From NCBI GenBank assembly GCA_041659405.1, contig JBAZYK010000012.1, positions 1 to 32,000 of the forward strand: a stretch of 32,000 bases of DNA, given 5' to 3'. The notes beneath the pieces were generated by a model. It saw only the letters and a list, made by a program, of their open reading frames with translations, was not told the origin of the DNA and made no database searches. Positions 7,746 to 15,768 of the stretch are shown here, one piece after another. The translations under genes were made by a program, and so were the position numbers. The stretch is from Candidatus Altimarinota bacterium (lineage in GTDB: Bacteria; Patescibacteriota; Gracilibacteria; UBA1369). Position 1 is the first letter of the stretch, and every line of letters begins with the position of its first letter.

Positions 7746-10286
7746 CTACCCCTGCACCACAAAGTTCACCAGTCTGCCGGGGACGTAAATTTCTTTCAGC
7801 ACTTTTTGGCCTTCCAGATATTTGCCAACGTTTTCGGCTTTGCGGGCGGCTTCCAGAATATTTTCTTTGCTTTCTGTGGCGGCAAGTTGGATCTGTCCGC
7901 GCAATTTTCCATTTACTTGAATTGGCAGAGTGAGCATATTTTCGGCAATCATTCCAGGATTATATTTTGGCCAGCTTTGGTCAAAAATGCTGGATTTTTG
8001 GCCGTCCGTTTTTGCCGATTTGTCCTTACCTGATTTACCCGCCCCGTCGTGACCCGTTTTGCCCGCCCCCGCACTTCCAATCTGCTCCCAAATTTCTTCG
8101 GCCAGATGAGGCGCAAGTGGCGCAATCAAGGCCGTAATCGCCTTTTTACTTTCCGGATCAAGACTCATTTTGCCAACATTATTTACAAATTGCATCAACG
8201 CGGAAATCGCCGTGTTAAAGTGGAATTTTTCAATATCTTCAGTAACTTTTTTGATTGTGCGATGAACATTTCGCGCCAAAGTTTCTTTGTCCGCGCTGCT
8301 GACCGGCTGCGAGGATTTCGCCGCGTCCTGCTGTCCGTTCGCTTGTCCGCCCTCGCCCGTCATCATCAAATAAAATTTCTCCACAAAACGGGCAATACCG
8401 GTAATGCCTTTATCATTCCAGTCGCCGCCATCTACAAAAGGTCCCATAAACATCAGATACATGCGAAAAACATCACTTCCATATTTTTCCACAAACTGGT
8501 CCGGGCTGACCACGTTGCCCTTAGATTTACTCATTTTGGCGCCATCTTTGGTGATAAGTCCCTGATGCACAAGTCTCTTAAAAGGCTCGCTTTTACGATC
8601 ACCAACCAAAACTTTATGTGCAAAACGGGCATACAATAAATGCATGCAGGCATGTTCCGGGCCACCGATGTACATGTCCACAGGAAGCCATTTTTCAACC
8701 ATTTTTGGATCAAAAGCTTTTTTCTCTCTATTTTCGGAAGGGTACCTTAAAAAATACCAGCTGCTATCCACAAAAGTGTCCATTGTATCCACTTCACGCT
8801 CGGCTTTTCCTCCACATTTTGGACATTTCGTTTTTAAAAAACTCGGCAGACTTGCCAAAGGGGATTTGCCTTTTGGCTTATAATCAGCGATTTTTTCGGG
8901 AAGCAAGACCGGCAAATCTTTTTCCGGAACCGGAACATCTCCACATTTTTCACAAATAATCATTGGAATCGGCGCGCCCCAATAACGCTGACGACTAATC
9001 AGCCAGTTACGTAATTTATAATTGATCACAAACTTACCGGCATTTAATTTAACCAATTTTTCGGTGATTTTTTGGCGAGCCTGAACCGAAGTTAAGCCAT
9101 CAAACTCCGCGGAATTATAAAGAATTCCATCACCCGTAAAACATTCTTCCAGATCACGAATTTTACTGTCATCACTGCCATCCGCGGGCTTGATTGTCGT
9201 TTTTAAAGCAATTTTATATTTCTTGGCAAATTTGAAATCACGGACATCGTGCGCATCACCAAAAACCGCACCGGTTCCATAATGCATCAACACAAAATCA
9301 CCCAGCCAAACCGGAATTAAATCGCCATTGATCGGATTGATAACATAAGTTCCGGTTGGAACACCCGTTTTTTCGCGATCCTCCGCGGTACGTTCAATAT
9401 CCGTTTCTTTACGGGCTTTGTCCATGTATTCCTTGGCCTTTTTCAGATTTTTCGCTGTGGTAATTTCCAAAACAAGCGGATGTTCCGGCGCTAAAACCAA
9501 AAATGCCGCGCTAAACAAAGTGTCTACACGTGTCGTAAAAATCGAAACCTGTTTATCCAGTTTCTGGCCTTTCTCATCAGCCAATTCAAAAGTTACTTCG
9601 GTTCCTTCACTGCGGCCGATCCAATTTTGCTGCATCAGCTTGGTCTTTCCGGGCCAGTCCAGGGAATCAAACTTCAATAAATCTTCGGCATAATCACGAA
9701 TATTAAAGAACCACTGTGTCAGATCTTTTTTAGTAACTTCGGTCTTGCAGCGCTCACAATGGCCATCTTCAACCTGTTCATTGGCCAAAACCGTTTTGCA
9801 GGAAGGACACCAGTTTACCGGCGCCTTTTTGCGATAGGCCAGCCCCATTTTATACATTTCCAAAAACACCCATTGAGTCCATTTGTAATATTCAGGATGG
9901 CTTGTTACAACCTCTTTTTCCCAGTCAAACATTGTTCCCATGGCCCTAAGCTGCATTCGCATATATTCCACATTTTTTTCGGTTGTTTCTCGTGGAGGAG
10001 CCCCCGTTTTAATGGCATAGTTTTCCGCAGGTAATCCAAAACTATCAAAACCAATCGGTTCAAACACATTAAACCCCTTCATGCGCATGTAGCGGCCCCA
10101 GGAATCGGCCGGAGCATAATTGTACCAGTGCCCAATATGCAATTTATCGCCGGAAGGATAAGGAAACATCACCAAATTATAATATTTTGGTTTGGATGAA
10201 TCTTTAAGATCTGTATGATTAAATTTGGCTTTTGCCCAATATTTTTGCCACTTTTCTTCAGTCTCGCGGGGTTGATAAATAGGCAT
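7746..10286 (-). CDS. leuS: leucine--tRNA ligase
   Basis: 846 aa. It carries the class I HIGH motif (DKLHIGHWYNY), KMSKS (GAKMSKSKGNVV), CP1/editing and Zn-cysteine motifs (CPSC...CERC), and is LeuRS-like end to end. Confidence 0.97.
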   Translation of the reverse strand: MPIYQPRETEEKWQKYWAKAKFNHTDLKDSSKPKYYNLVMFPYPSGDKLHIGHWYNYAPADSWGRYMRMKGFNVFEPIGFDSFGLPAENYAIKTGAPPRETTEKNVEYMRMQLRAMGTMFDWEKEVVTSHPEYYKWTQWVFLEMYKMGLAYRKKAPVNWCPSCKTVLANEQVEDGHCERCKTEVTKKDLTQWFFNIRDYAEDLLKFDSLDWPGKTKLMQQNWIGRSEGTEVTFELADEKGQKLDKQVSIFTTRVDTLFSAAFLVLAPEHPLVLEITTAKNLKKAKEYMDKARKETDIERTAEDREKTGVPTGTYVINPINGDLIPVWLGDFVLMHYGTGAVFGDAHDVRDFKFAKKYKIALKTTIKPADGSDDSKIRDLEECFTGDGILYNSAEFDGLTSVQARQKITEKLVKLNAGKFVINYKLRNWLISRQRYWGAPIPMIICEKCGDVPVPEKDLPVLLPEKIADYKPKGKSPLASLPSFLKTKCPKCGGKAEREVDTMDTFVDSSWYFLRYPSENREKKAFDPKMVEKWLPVDMYIGGPEHACMHLLYARFAHKVLVGDRKSEPFKRLVHQGLITKDGAKMSKSKGNVVSPDQFVEKYGSDVFRMYLMFMGPFVDGGDWNDKGITGIARFVEKFYLMMTGEGGQANGQQDAAKSSQPVSSADKETLARNVHRTIKKVTEDIEKFHFNTAISALMQFVNNVGKMSLDPESKKAITALIAPLAPHLAEEIWEQIGSAGAGKTGHDGAGKSGKDKSAKTDGQKSSIFDQSWPKYNPGMIAENMLTLPIQVNGKLRGQIQLAATESKENILEAARKAENVGKYLEGQKVLKEIYVPGRLVNFVVQG

Positions 10287-10355
10287 ACGAATAAATTTAA
10301 AGAAGAGCCGCTCAATATTCTATCGATAGCTCCAACAAAAAACAAGCTGCCACCC

Positions 10356-10387
10356 AACCTTTGAGGTTCCCTACAACCTCAAAGGTT
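10356..10387 (-). terminator. 13-bp perfect inverted repeat between the DUF3307 gene and leuS (possible terminator/processing hairpin)
   Basis: aacctttgaggtt (10356-10368) / aacctcaaaggtt (10375-10387) with a 6-nt loop; the right arm overlaps the stop codon at 10386-10388. On the minus strand a T6 run follows only after 13 nt, so the geometry is not canonical. Confidence 0.4.
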
Positions 10388-10940
10388 AAACGCGGCTTAA
10401 AAGGAAAAAATAGAAAATTGAAAAGGCTATAAAACGTATCAACATCGCTACATAATCAAATTCCATATTGGTATCCTGTTCTTTTTGGCGATGAAATTGA
10501 AATTTCAAAATTGAATAGAAAAAAGTCACAACAACACTAAAAATCCAGTAAATCATCATACCTACATTGGCATAAACCGGGATTTGGCTTTTCGCAGTTT
10601 CCGCTCCGCCAAACTCTTCCAGAACAAACGCGCCCAGTAATATCACAATCAAATGCAATTCCTGATCCGCCAAAAAAATCTTCACATATCTTTTATCTCC
10701 TTTTTCAAAACGAATTTTTAGTGAATCGATTAAGAAATGAGAAATTGCAATAACCGTTACTACAATTGGAAATTGGGGTTTGGATAAAAACGGAAAAAGC
10801 AGTAATAAACTTGTCACCCAATGAATAAAAACGTGCATGAAGACACCTTGCCAGTGCTTTTTCTTCCAGGTAACCAGTTTGTTTGGTTGGAAGACAAAAT
10901 CCGCAAGCAGATGGGCCAGAAGTAAATAAAGTAGAATCAT
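10386..10940 (-). CDS. DUF3307 family membrane protein
   Basis: The N-terminal LLAHLLADFVFQP motif (HxxxDFxxQ) is typical of DUF3307, with a second H-rich segment (ISHFLIDSLK) and multiple TM helices. ATG at 10940; the ORF-track TTG at 10949 is an alternative start. Confidence 0.75.
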   Translation of the reverse strand: MILLYLLLAHLLADFVFQPNKLVTWKKKHWQGVFMHVFIHWVTSLLLLFPFLSKPQFPIVVTVIAISHFLIDSLKIRFEKGDKRYVKIFLADQELHLIVILLGAFVLEEFGGAETAKSQIPVYANVGMMIYWIFSVVVTFFYSILKFQFHRQKEQDTNMEFDYVAMLIRFIAFSIFYFFLLSRV

Positions 10941-10972
10941 AATCAGCAAAACAGAAAATAGGAAAAACGGAA

Positions 10973-11416
10973 TTAATCGGATTTAAGGTTAATTTTGAGT
11001 CGTTTCAGAAATTCACTGCTGATGCGGCTGGCCATATTAGGGTTGGAAGCCACCAGCTTAATAAAGTCGTCTTTTCGTAAAACGAAAACTTCGCTTTCTT
11101 CCATGGCCTGCGCCGTAGCATTGCGGGGTTTCTCGGAAATAATGGCCATTTCTCCAAAAAAATCATTATTACTTAAAGTTGCAACGTCAACCTCTTCATC
11201 CGGGGTTGGAGCTTCATGGAAAATGCGCACTACGCCTCTTTTAATAATAAACACGGAATCTCCGGGATCATTTTCACGGAAGATAACCTGCTTGGCTGGA
11301 AAATATTGAAGCGTGATTTGTTTGATGATCTCGCGATGATCTTCTTCGTTAAGTTCTTCCAGTAAAGGAAACTTCTTTAATATTGGTAAAATTGAGATTG
11401 TTGATTCTTCTGTCAT
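10973..11416 (-). CDS. standalone cyclic nucleotide-binding (CAP_ED) domain protein
   Basis: The cNMP-binding signature is FGEMAIISEKPRNATAQA, with an upstream beta-roll (VIFRENDPGDSVFIIKRGVV). Start taken at ATG 11416 (MTEESTIS...) because the ORF-track extension to 11521 runs through a consensus promoter. It lies 23 nt upstream of the DUF3307 gene. Confidence 0.85.
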   Translation of the reverse strand: MTEESTISILPILKKFPLLEELNEEDHREIIKQITLQYFPAKQVIFRENDPGDSVFIIKRGVVRIFHEAPTPDEEVDVATLSNNDFFGEMAIISEKPRNATAQAMEESEVFVLRKDDFIKLVASNPNMASRISSEFLKRLKINLKSD

Positions 11417-11446
11417 TTTTGAAGTGATTAAATAGTAAATCTTCAA

Positions 11447-11474
11447 ATTATAACACAATCCCAAATAAATGCAA
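11447..11474 (-). promoter_or_regulatory. sigma70-type promoter with extended -10 for the cNMP-binding/DUF3307 operon
   Basis: On the minus strand: TTGCAT (11474-11469), 16-nt spacer ending in TGT, TATAAT (11452-11447). Confidence 0.45.
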
Positions 11475-11508
11475 GTATTTAGACAGTATTGGTCTTGGAA
11501 TAAAGGTA

Positions 11509-11537
11509 TTGACATTTCCAATAGAATGTTTTAGAAT
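11509..11537 (+). promoter_or_regulatory. near-consensus sigma70 promoter for the 97-aa gene
   Basis: TTGACA (11509-11514), 17-nt spacer, TAGAAT (11532-11537); sits 42 nt upstream of the ATG at 11579. Confidence 0.45.
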
Positions 11538-11578
11538 GATTCGAATACATTGAAATTAAATAACAAAAACCAATACCA

Positions 11579-11872
11579 ATGCTCAAGTACATCAAACAAA
11601 ACAAGAATATTATCGTAGTGGCAGTCGCTCTGTTTATGATTTCCATGTCGACTTTAATGTTTTTTCTTGGAGCAAATAATGACTTACATCAGAGTGAATA
11701 CAAGACTGATGTAATTAATGTTGAAACAACAAATACTCAAACTCATGAGCCAAAGACGCAAGAAAAAGCTACTCCGGCTGTAAAGGCGGAGCCAAGCAAC
11801 AAGCAAATCAAGAACGCTCCAAATAAAGCCGTAACCAGGCTGATGGCGGAAAAACCTGCGGATAGCCTCTAG
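11579..11872 (+). CDS. small single-pass membrane protein, hypothetical
   Basis: 97 aa with an N-terminal TM (IIVVAVALFMISMSTLMFFL) followed by a polar T/K/E/P-rich tail. A consensus promoter lies upstream. Confidence 0.5.
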   Translation: MLKYIKQNKNIIVVAVALFMISMSTLMFFLGANNDLHQSEYKTDVINVETTNTQTHEPKTQEKATPAVKAEPSNKQIKNAPNKAVTRLMAEKPADSL

Positions 11873-11917
11873 TAATACAAATTAACCGGCGATTCATAAA
11901 TTCGCGCGCTAATTTGC

Positions 11918-12847
11918 TTATTCCTGTTTCTCACGCGCGCTGATTTCCGGTGCGTTGGTCAATTTTAGAAATGTAAAAATCCAGACCGAGGAAGAAAAAA
12001 CCGAGACAACTGCGCCAAGATATGAAGCAAAAATCAAAGCAATAAATCCAACCACGCCTCCAATCACAAAGCCAAAGAAAGGCAAACTTGAAGCTGCGAT
12101 AAAATAAATAACGACCAAAATAGCCATTGGAACCAGCAGTACAAAGATAATCTGCAGTACAATGCGCACGGCAATCACCATCATCAAAAAAGTAATCATG
12201 ATCGAAGTATCCCAGTGCTTGGCAACCAAAGAGGCGCTTTTGGCCATAGCTTCAGTGATTTTGCAGTCATCGATAACCAGGAAATAGTTGGTAAAGCTGA
12301 AGAAAAAAGTCAAAACAAGGCTTACAACCAAAATAATCAGGATAATTGGGAGCAAAGTTTCAAAGGCCGGCCAGCCAAGCAGCCTTAACGCAATGCCCGC
12401 TTCCCCCAAAATCGAAAATAAACTAAAAGAACGGACGATCAATGAGTAATTAAAAAGAGGCAAAAAATTCATCAGGCCATGACGAATTCCATCTTTCATT
12501 CTGACATCCTGTTGATTCTTTTTTCTGGCAATAAGCTGGATAGTGGCGCCTTCAATGAATGGTGGCAACAAAAAATACAACAGCCCATATATAATCAGCA
12601 CTATTAACAAAGGGATAATTAGGTCTTTATGCGCTTCCGCAATACTAAAAGCTTCTCGAAGAACGGTTGTTAAAAAGTTGGAACTGGAATCCTCAAAAAA
12701 CGACTTAAATGAGAGAAATTGGTAGAGGATATAGCCAACTCCAAAGATTGTGCCCAAAAATGAAGGGATAAAGGCATACCAAACGATCATTTTTTTGTTT
12801 TCCTGTGTAAAAAGCCAAGCTTCGCCGATGATCTGTCGATAATTCAT
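11918..12847 (-). CDS. polytopic membrane protein, hypothetical
   Basis: 309 aa with at least 6 predicted TM helices. ATG start, with its own promoter at 12878-12906. Confidence 0.75.
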   Translation of the reverse strand: MNYRQIIGEAWLFTQENKKMIVWYAFIPSFLGTIFGVGYILYQFLSFKSFFEDSSSNFLTTVLREAFSIAEAHKDLIIPLLIVLIIYGLLYFLLPPFIEGATIQLIARKKNQQDVRMKDGIRHGLMNFLPLFNYSLIVRSFSLFSILGEAGIALRLLGWPAFETLLPIILIILVVSLVLTFFFSFTNYFLVIDDCKITEAMAKSASLVAKHWDTSIMITFLMMVIAVRIVLQIIFVLLVPMAILVVIYFIAASSLPFFGFVIGGVVGFIALIFASYLGAVVSVFSSSVWIFTFLKLTNAPEISAREKQE

Positions 12848-12877
12848 ACAATAATTGAGAGCTAAAGCACGGAAGTT

Positions 12878-12906
12878 ATAGTATCAAAACGAGATACTCT
12901 TGCCAA
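12878..12906 (-). promoter_or_regulatory. sigma70-type promoter for the 309-aa membrane protein gene
   Basis: On the minus strand: TTGGCA (12906-12901), 17-nt spacer, TACTAT (12883-12878). Confidence 0.35.
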
Positions 12907-12928
12907 GCATGAAAATATTTGATAATTT
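12900..12928 (+). promoter_or_regulatory. sigma70-type promoter for rpsO
   Basis: TTGCCA (12900-12905), 17-nt spacer, TAATTT (12923-12928). This leaves a leader of roughly 65 nt before the rpsO ATG at 13000. Confidence 0.35.
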
Positions 12929-12999
12929 AGATGTCGGACTTTACTCCTCAAAACTTCCTCAAAGGACAATTTTTATACTTTAAGCATAACCTAAGCCCA

Positions 13000-13263
13000 A
13001 TGAAAAGAGCACAGAAAAAAACTATCATCAAATCTTACGCAATCCACCCAAAAGATACAGGATCCCCACAGGTTCAGGTTGCAGTTTTAACGGAAAGAAT
13101 CAATCAGCTTTCAAAACATCTGGAAGAGCATTCAAAAGACAATCACTCCCGTCGTGGACTTTTGATGATGGTAGGTAAAAGAAGAAAGCTTTTGAATCAC
13201 TTGCGCTTGAACGAAAAGGACAAGTATGAAGAATTGGTAGGAAAACTTTCACTTCGCAAATAA
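13000..13263 (+). CDS. rpsO: 30S ribosomal protein S15
   Basis: 87 aa from ATG 13000 (MKRAQKK...). [50 protein letters not shown] aligns along the full length of bacterial S15. The ORF-track start at 12931 would add a non-homologous 23 aa. Confidence 0.95.
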   Translation: MKRAQKKTIIKSYAIHPKDTGSPQVQVAVLTERINQLSKHLEEHSKDNHSRRGLLMMVGKRRKLLNHLRLNEKDKYEELVGKLSLRK

Positions 13264-13351
13264 ATCAGCGCAAAACGCTTTCAACGCGTCTTGCCGCTCT
13301 TTATCCACGCTCCTCGAAAAGCAAAATAGTCACAAGTTACAGGTTCTAGCG

Positions 13352-13425
13352 GATTGCAAAAGGCAATCTTTTAAAACTTGTTACTTGGACAAATGCTCTA
13401 GAGGGGAGATATTTTTTAACCCTCT
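13352..13425 (+). promoter_or_regulatory. structured rpsO-pnp intergenic leader (two hairpins)
   Basis: Hairpin 1 is gattgc-aaaag-gcaatc followed by tttt (13352-13372). Hairpin 2 is agaggg-(14 nt)-ccctct (13400-13425), ending 8 nt before the pnp ATG. Confidence 0.3.
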
Positions 13426-13433
13426 TTAACAAG

Positions 13434-15632
13434 ATGGAAAACAACAAATTCTCAGTAAACATTGCCGGACGAACTCTAACGATCGAGACCGGTTTTTTGG
13501 CTAACCAATCGCATGGTGCGGTTACAGTTTCTTTGGGTGACACAGTCGTTTTTGCCAGCGCTCAAATGGGCGGAACACGTGAAGGCACCGATTTCTTCCC
13601 AATGATGGTTGATTACGAAGAAAAATATTACGCTGCCGGCAAAATCAAAGGAAGCCGCTTTGTAAAGCGTGAAGGCAGACCTTCCGAACGTGCAGTTTTA
13701 AATTCACGTTTAATTGATCGTCCGATCCGTCCGCTCTTTCCAAAGGGCATGACTAACGACGTACAGCTTATTTGTACTGTTCTTTCCGCTGATTTGGAAG
13801 TTGAACCGGCTACAACGGCTTTAATTGCCGCTTCTGCCGCTTTAAGTATTTCCGGAATGCCTTTTAGTGGTCCGGTTGCTGCTGTTCGCATGGGATTGAT
13901 TGTTAAAGATGGAAAAGAAGAACTGATTATCAATCCAACTTATAAACAAATTGAAGAGGGAAGACTGGATTTGGTGGTTGCAGGTACATTGGAAGCTATT
14001 ACCATGGTGGAAGCAGCTTCAAGTGAAGTTTCCGAAGACATCATGCTCAAGGCTCTTGAAATGGCTCATATCGAAATCAAAAAAATCTGTGAATTGCAGA
14101 ATGCCTTTAAGGAATTTTACAAAAAGCCGGCTCGCGAACCAAGTATTGTGGTAATGCCCGACGAAGTAAAAAATGCTGTTGCAAGCGTTATTACCAAAGA
14201 AATGCTGGATACGATTTCCGGCAAAACCAAAGGTGAAGTTAAAGAAAAAATTCACGTGTTTGAAGACATGCTCAAAGAAAAATATAATGAGCAAATAAAG
14301 GCCGGAACATTCAAGGAAAAAGACCTTATGTTCACGCTTAATGCCATGATGGAAAGCAACATGCGTGAAAATATTTTGAGCAAAGAAATTCGTTTGGATG
14401 GCCGTAAGATTGACGAAATTCGTCCAATCAGCTGTAGCGTTGGCGTGCTTCCAAGACCTCACGGTTCAGCGCTTTTCCAACGTGGTGAAACTCAGGCTCT
14501 TTCAATTACAACACTCGGTTCACCTGGATCCGCGCAAATTGTGGATACAATGGATGAAGATGTAACCAAGCGTTACATGCATCACTATAATTTCCCACCT
14601 TATTCCGTTGGCGAAGTTAAGCCTTTACGTGGACCTTCCCGTCGCGATATTGGACATGGCGATTTGGCTGAAAGATCACTTATTCCGGTTCTTCCAACCA
14701 AAGAAGAATTTCCTTATACAATCTGGGTGGTTTCCGAAATTATGAGCTGTAATGGTTCAAGTTCTATGGCTTCTGTCTGCGGATCTTCACTTTCATTGAT
14801 GCACGCCGGTGTTCCAATCAAAAAACCGGTTGCCGGAATTGCAATGGGACTTATTTCCCGTAATAAAGACATTTCTAAAGGATACAAAATCCTTACAGAC
14901 ATCCAGGGAATGGAAGATTTTGCCGGTGATATGGACTTTAAAGTAACCGGTACAAAAGATGGTATCAACGCGCTTCAAATGGATATTAAAGTTAAAGGAC
15001 TTTCCGTTGAAGTAATGCGTGAAGCTTTGGAGAGAGCCAAAAAAGCCCGTCTGGAAATTTTGCAAAAAATGTTCGAAGTTATGCCTGCTCCAAATAAAGA
15101 GCTTTCCAAATATGCTCCAATGATCATGCATCTTAAGATTAAGCCGGAACTTATTAAGGTTGTTATTGGTAAGGGTGGCGAAACAATTCAAAAAATTACC
15201 GCTGAATGTGACGTTGAAATCGACATTGAACAGGACGGTTTGGTTGTGATTACGGCCAAAGATCAGGAAAGTGGCCAGAAAGCCGTTGATTGGATTAATC
15301 GCTTAACTTACATGCCAAAAGCCGGTGATGAATTTGAAGCAAAGGTTGTCAAGATTATGGATTTTGGTGCTTTTGTTGAGTTCTTGCCCGGGAAAGAAGG
15401 TTTGGTTCACATTTCTCAATTGGCCTGGACACGCGTAAATAAAGTTGAAGATGTAGTTGGAGTGGGAGATATACTTAAAGTGAAACTTATGGAAGTTGAT
15501 GATCAGGGAAGATTCAATCTTTCACACAAACTTACTCTTCCACATGAATTCAAATTGGGAGAACAGGAAAATGGTGGTGGCAATGGGGCAGATGGTAGCG
15601 CTCCAGCGCGAAAACCGTTCATCCGCAGATAA
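13434..15632 (+). CDS. pnp: polyribonucleotide nucleotidyltransferase (PNPase)
   Basis: 732 aa with two RNase PH domains (FFPMMVDYEEKYYAAGKIKGSRFVKREGRPSE; DIQGMEDFAGDMDFKVTGT), plus KH (VIGKGGETIQKI) and S1 (GAFVEFLPGKEGLVHISQL) domains. It follows rpsO in the classical arrangement. Confidence 0.97.
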   Translation: MENNKFSVNIAGRTLTIETGFLANQSHGAVTVSLGDTVVFASAQMGGTREGTDFFPMMVDYEEKYYAAGKIKGSRFVKREGRPSERAVLNSRLIDRPIRPLFPKGMTNDVQLICTVLSADLEVEPATTALIAASAALSISGMPFSGPVAAVRMGLIVKDGKEELIINPTYKQIEEGRLDLVVAGTLEAITMVEAASSEVSEDIMLKALEMAHIEIKKICELQNAFKEFYKKPAREPSIVVMPDEVKNAVASVITKEMLDTISGKTKGEVKEKIHVFEDMLKEKYNEQIKAGTFKEKDLMFTLNAMMESNMRENILSKEIRLDGRKIDEIRPISCSVGVLPRPHGSALFQRGETQALSITTLGSPGSAQIVDTMDEDVTKRYMHHYNFPPYSVGEVKPLRGPSRRDIGHGDLAERSLIPVLPTKEEFPYTIWVVSEIMSCNGSSSMASVCGSSLSLMHAGVPIKKPVAGIAMGLISRNKDISKGYKILTDIQGMEDFAGDMDFKVTGTKDGINALQMDIKVKGLSVEVMREALERAKKARLEILQKMFEVMPAPNKELSKYAPMIMHLKIKPELIKVVIGKGGETIQKITAECDVEIDIEQDGLVVITAKDQESGQKAVDWINRLTYMPKAGDEFEAKVVKIMDFGAFVEFLPGKEGLVHISQLAWTRVNKVEDVVGVGDILKVKLMEVDDQGRFNLSHKLTLPHEFKLGEQENGGGNGADGSAPARKPFIRR

Positions 15633-15768
15633 TAGCAACACCGGATGTCGGTGTGTCACAAAAAAATAATCAAAAATGCTCAATCGAAATTTTCCGGTTG
15701 GGCATTTTTGTAATGCGCGCGTTAAAGTTGTATTATATCAATCGTTGTATTCTTTAATTTTCTTCCAC

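Noticed and set aside
8284-8365. A second apparent low-complexity 'insertion' in LeuRS (GEGGQANGQQDAAKSSQPVSS)
   Set aside because: The equivalent position in reference LeuRS (as I recall the E. coli sequence) is already a variable linker of similar length. It is divergence rather than an insertion.
8049-8639. 196-aa ORF antisense to leuS, plus several other 75-113 aa antisense ORFs between 7806 and 10034
   Set aside because: It lies entirely inside a confidently identified LeuRS gene and gives a basic, low-complexity, F/R/N-rich translation with no promoter or start context. The tempting class I/class II sense-antisense idea has no support here.
12931-12999. N-terminal extensions offered by the ORF track for rpsO (12931), the SLH gene (15676), the cNMP-binding gene (11521) and the 27497 ORF
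   Set aside because: Each extension adds non-homologous residues ahead of a canonical N-terminus or signal peptide and runs through a predicted promoter or an intergenic repeat. Internal ATG starts (13000, 15769, 11416, 27653) fit much better.
15638-15654. acaccg-gatgt-cggtgt hairpin just after the pnp stop
   Set aside because: The 6-bp stem is followed by an A-run rather than a T-run on the plus strand. It may stabilise the 3' end, but I cannot support calling it an intrinsic terminator.
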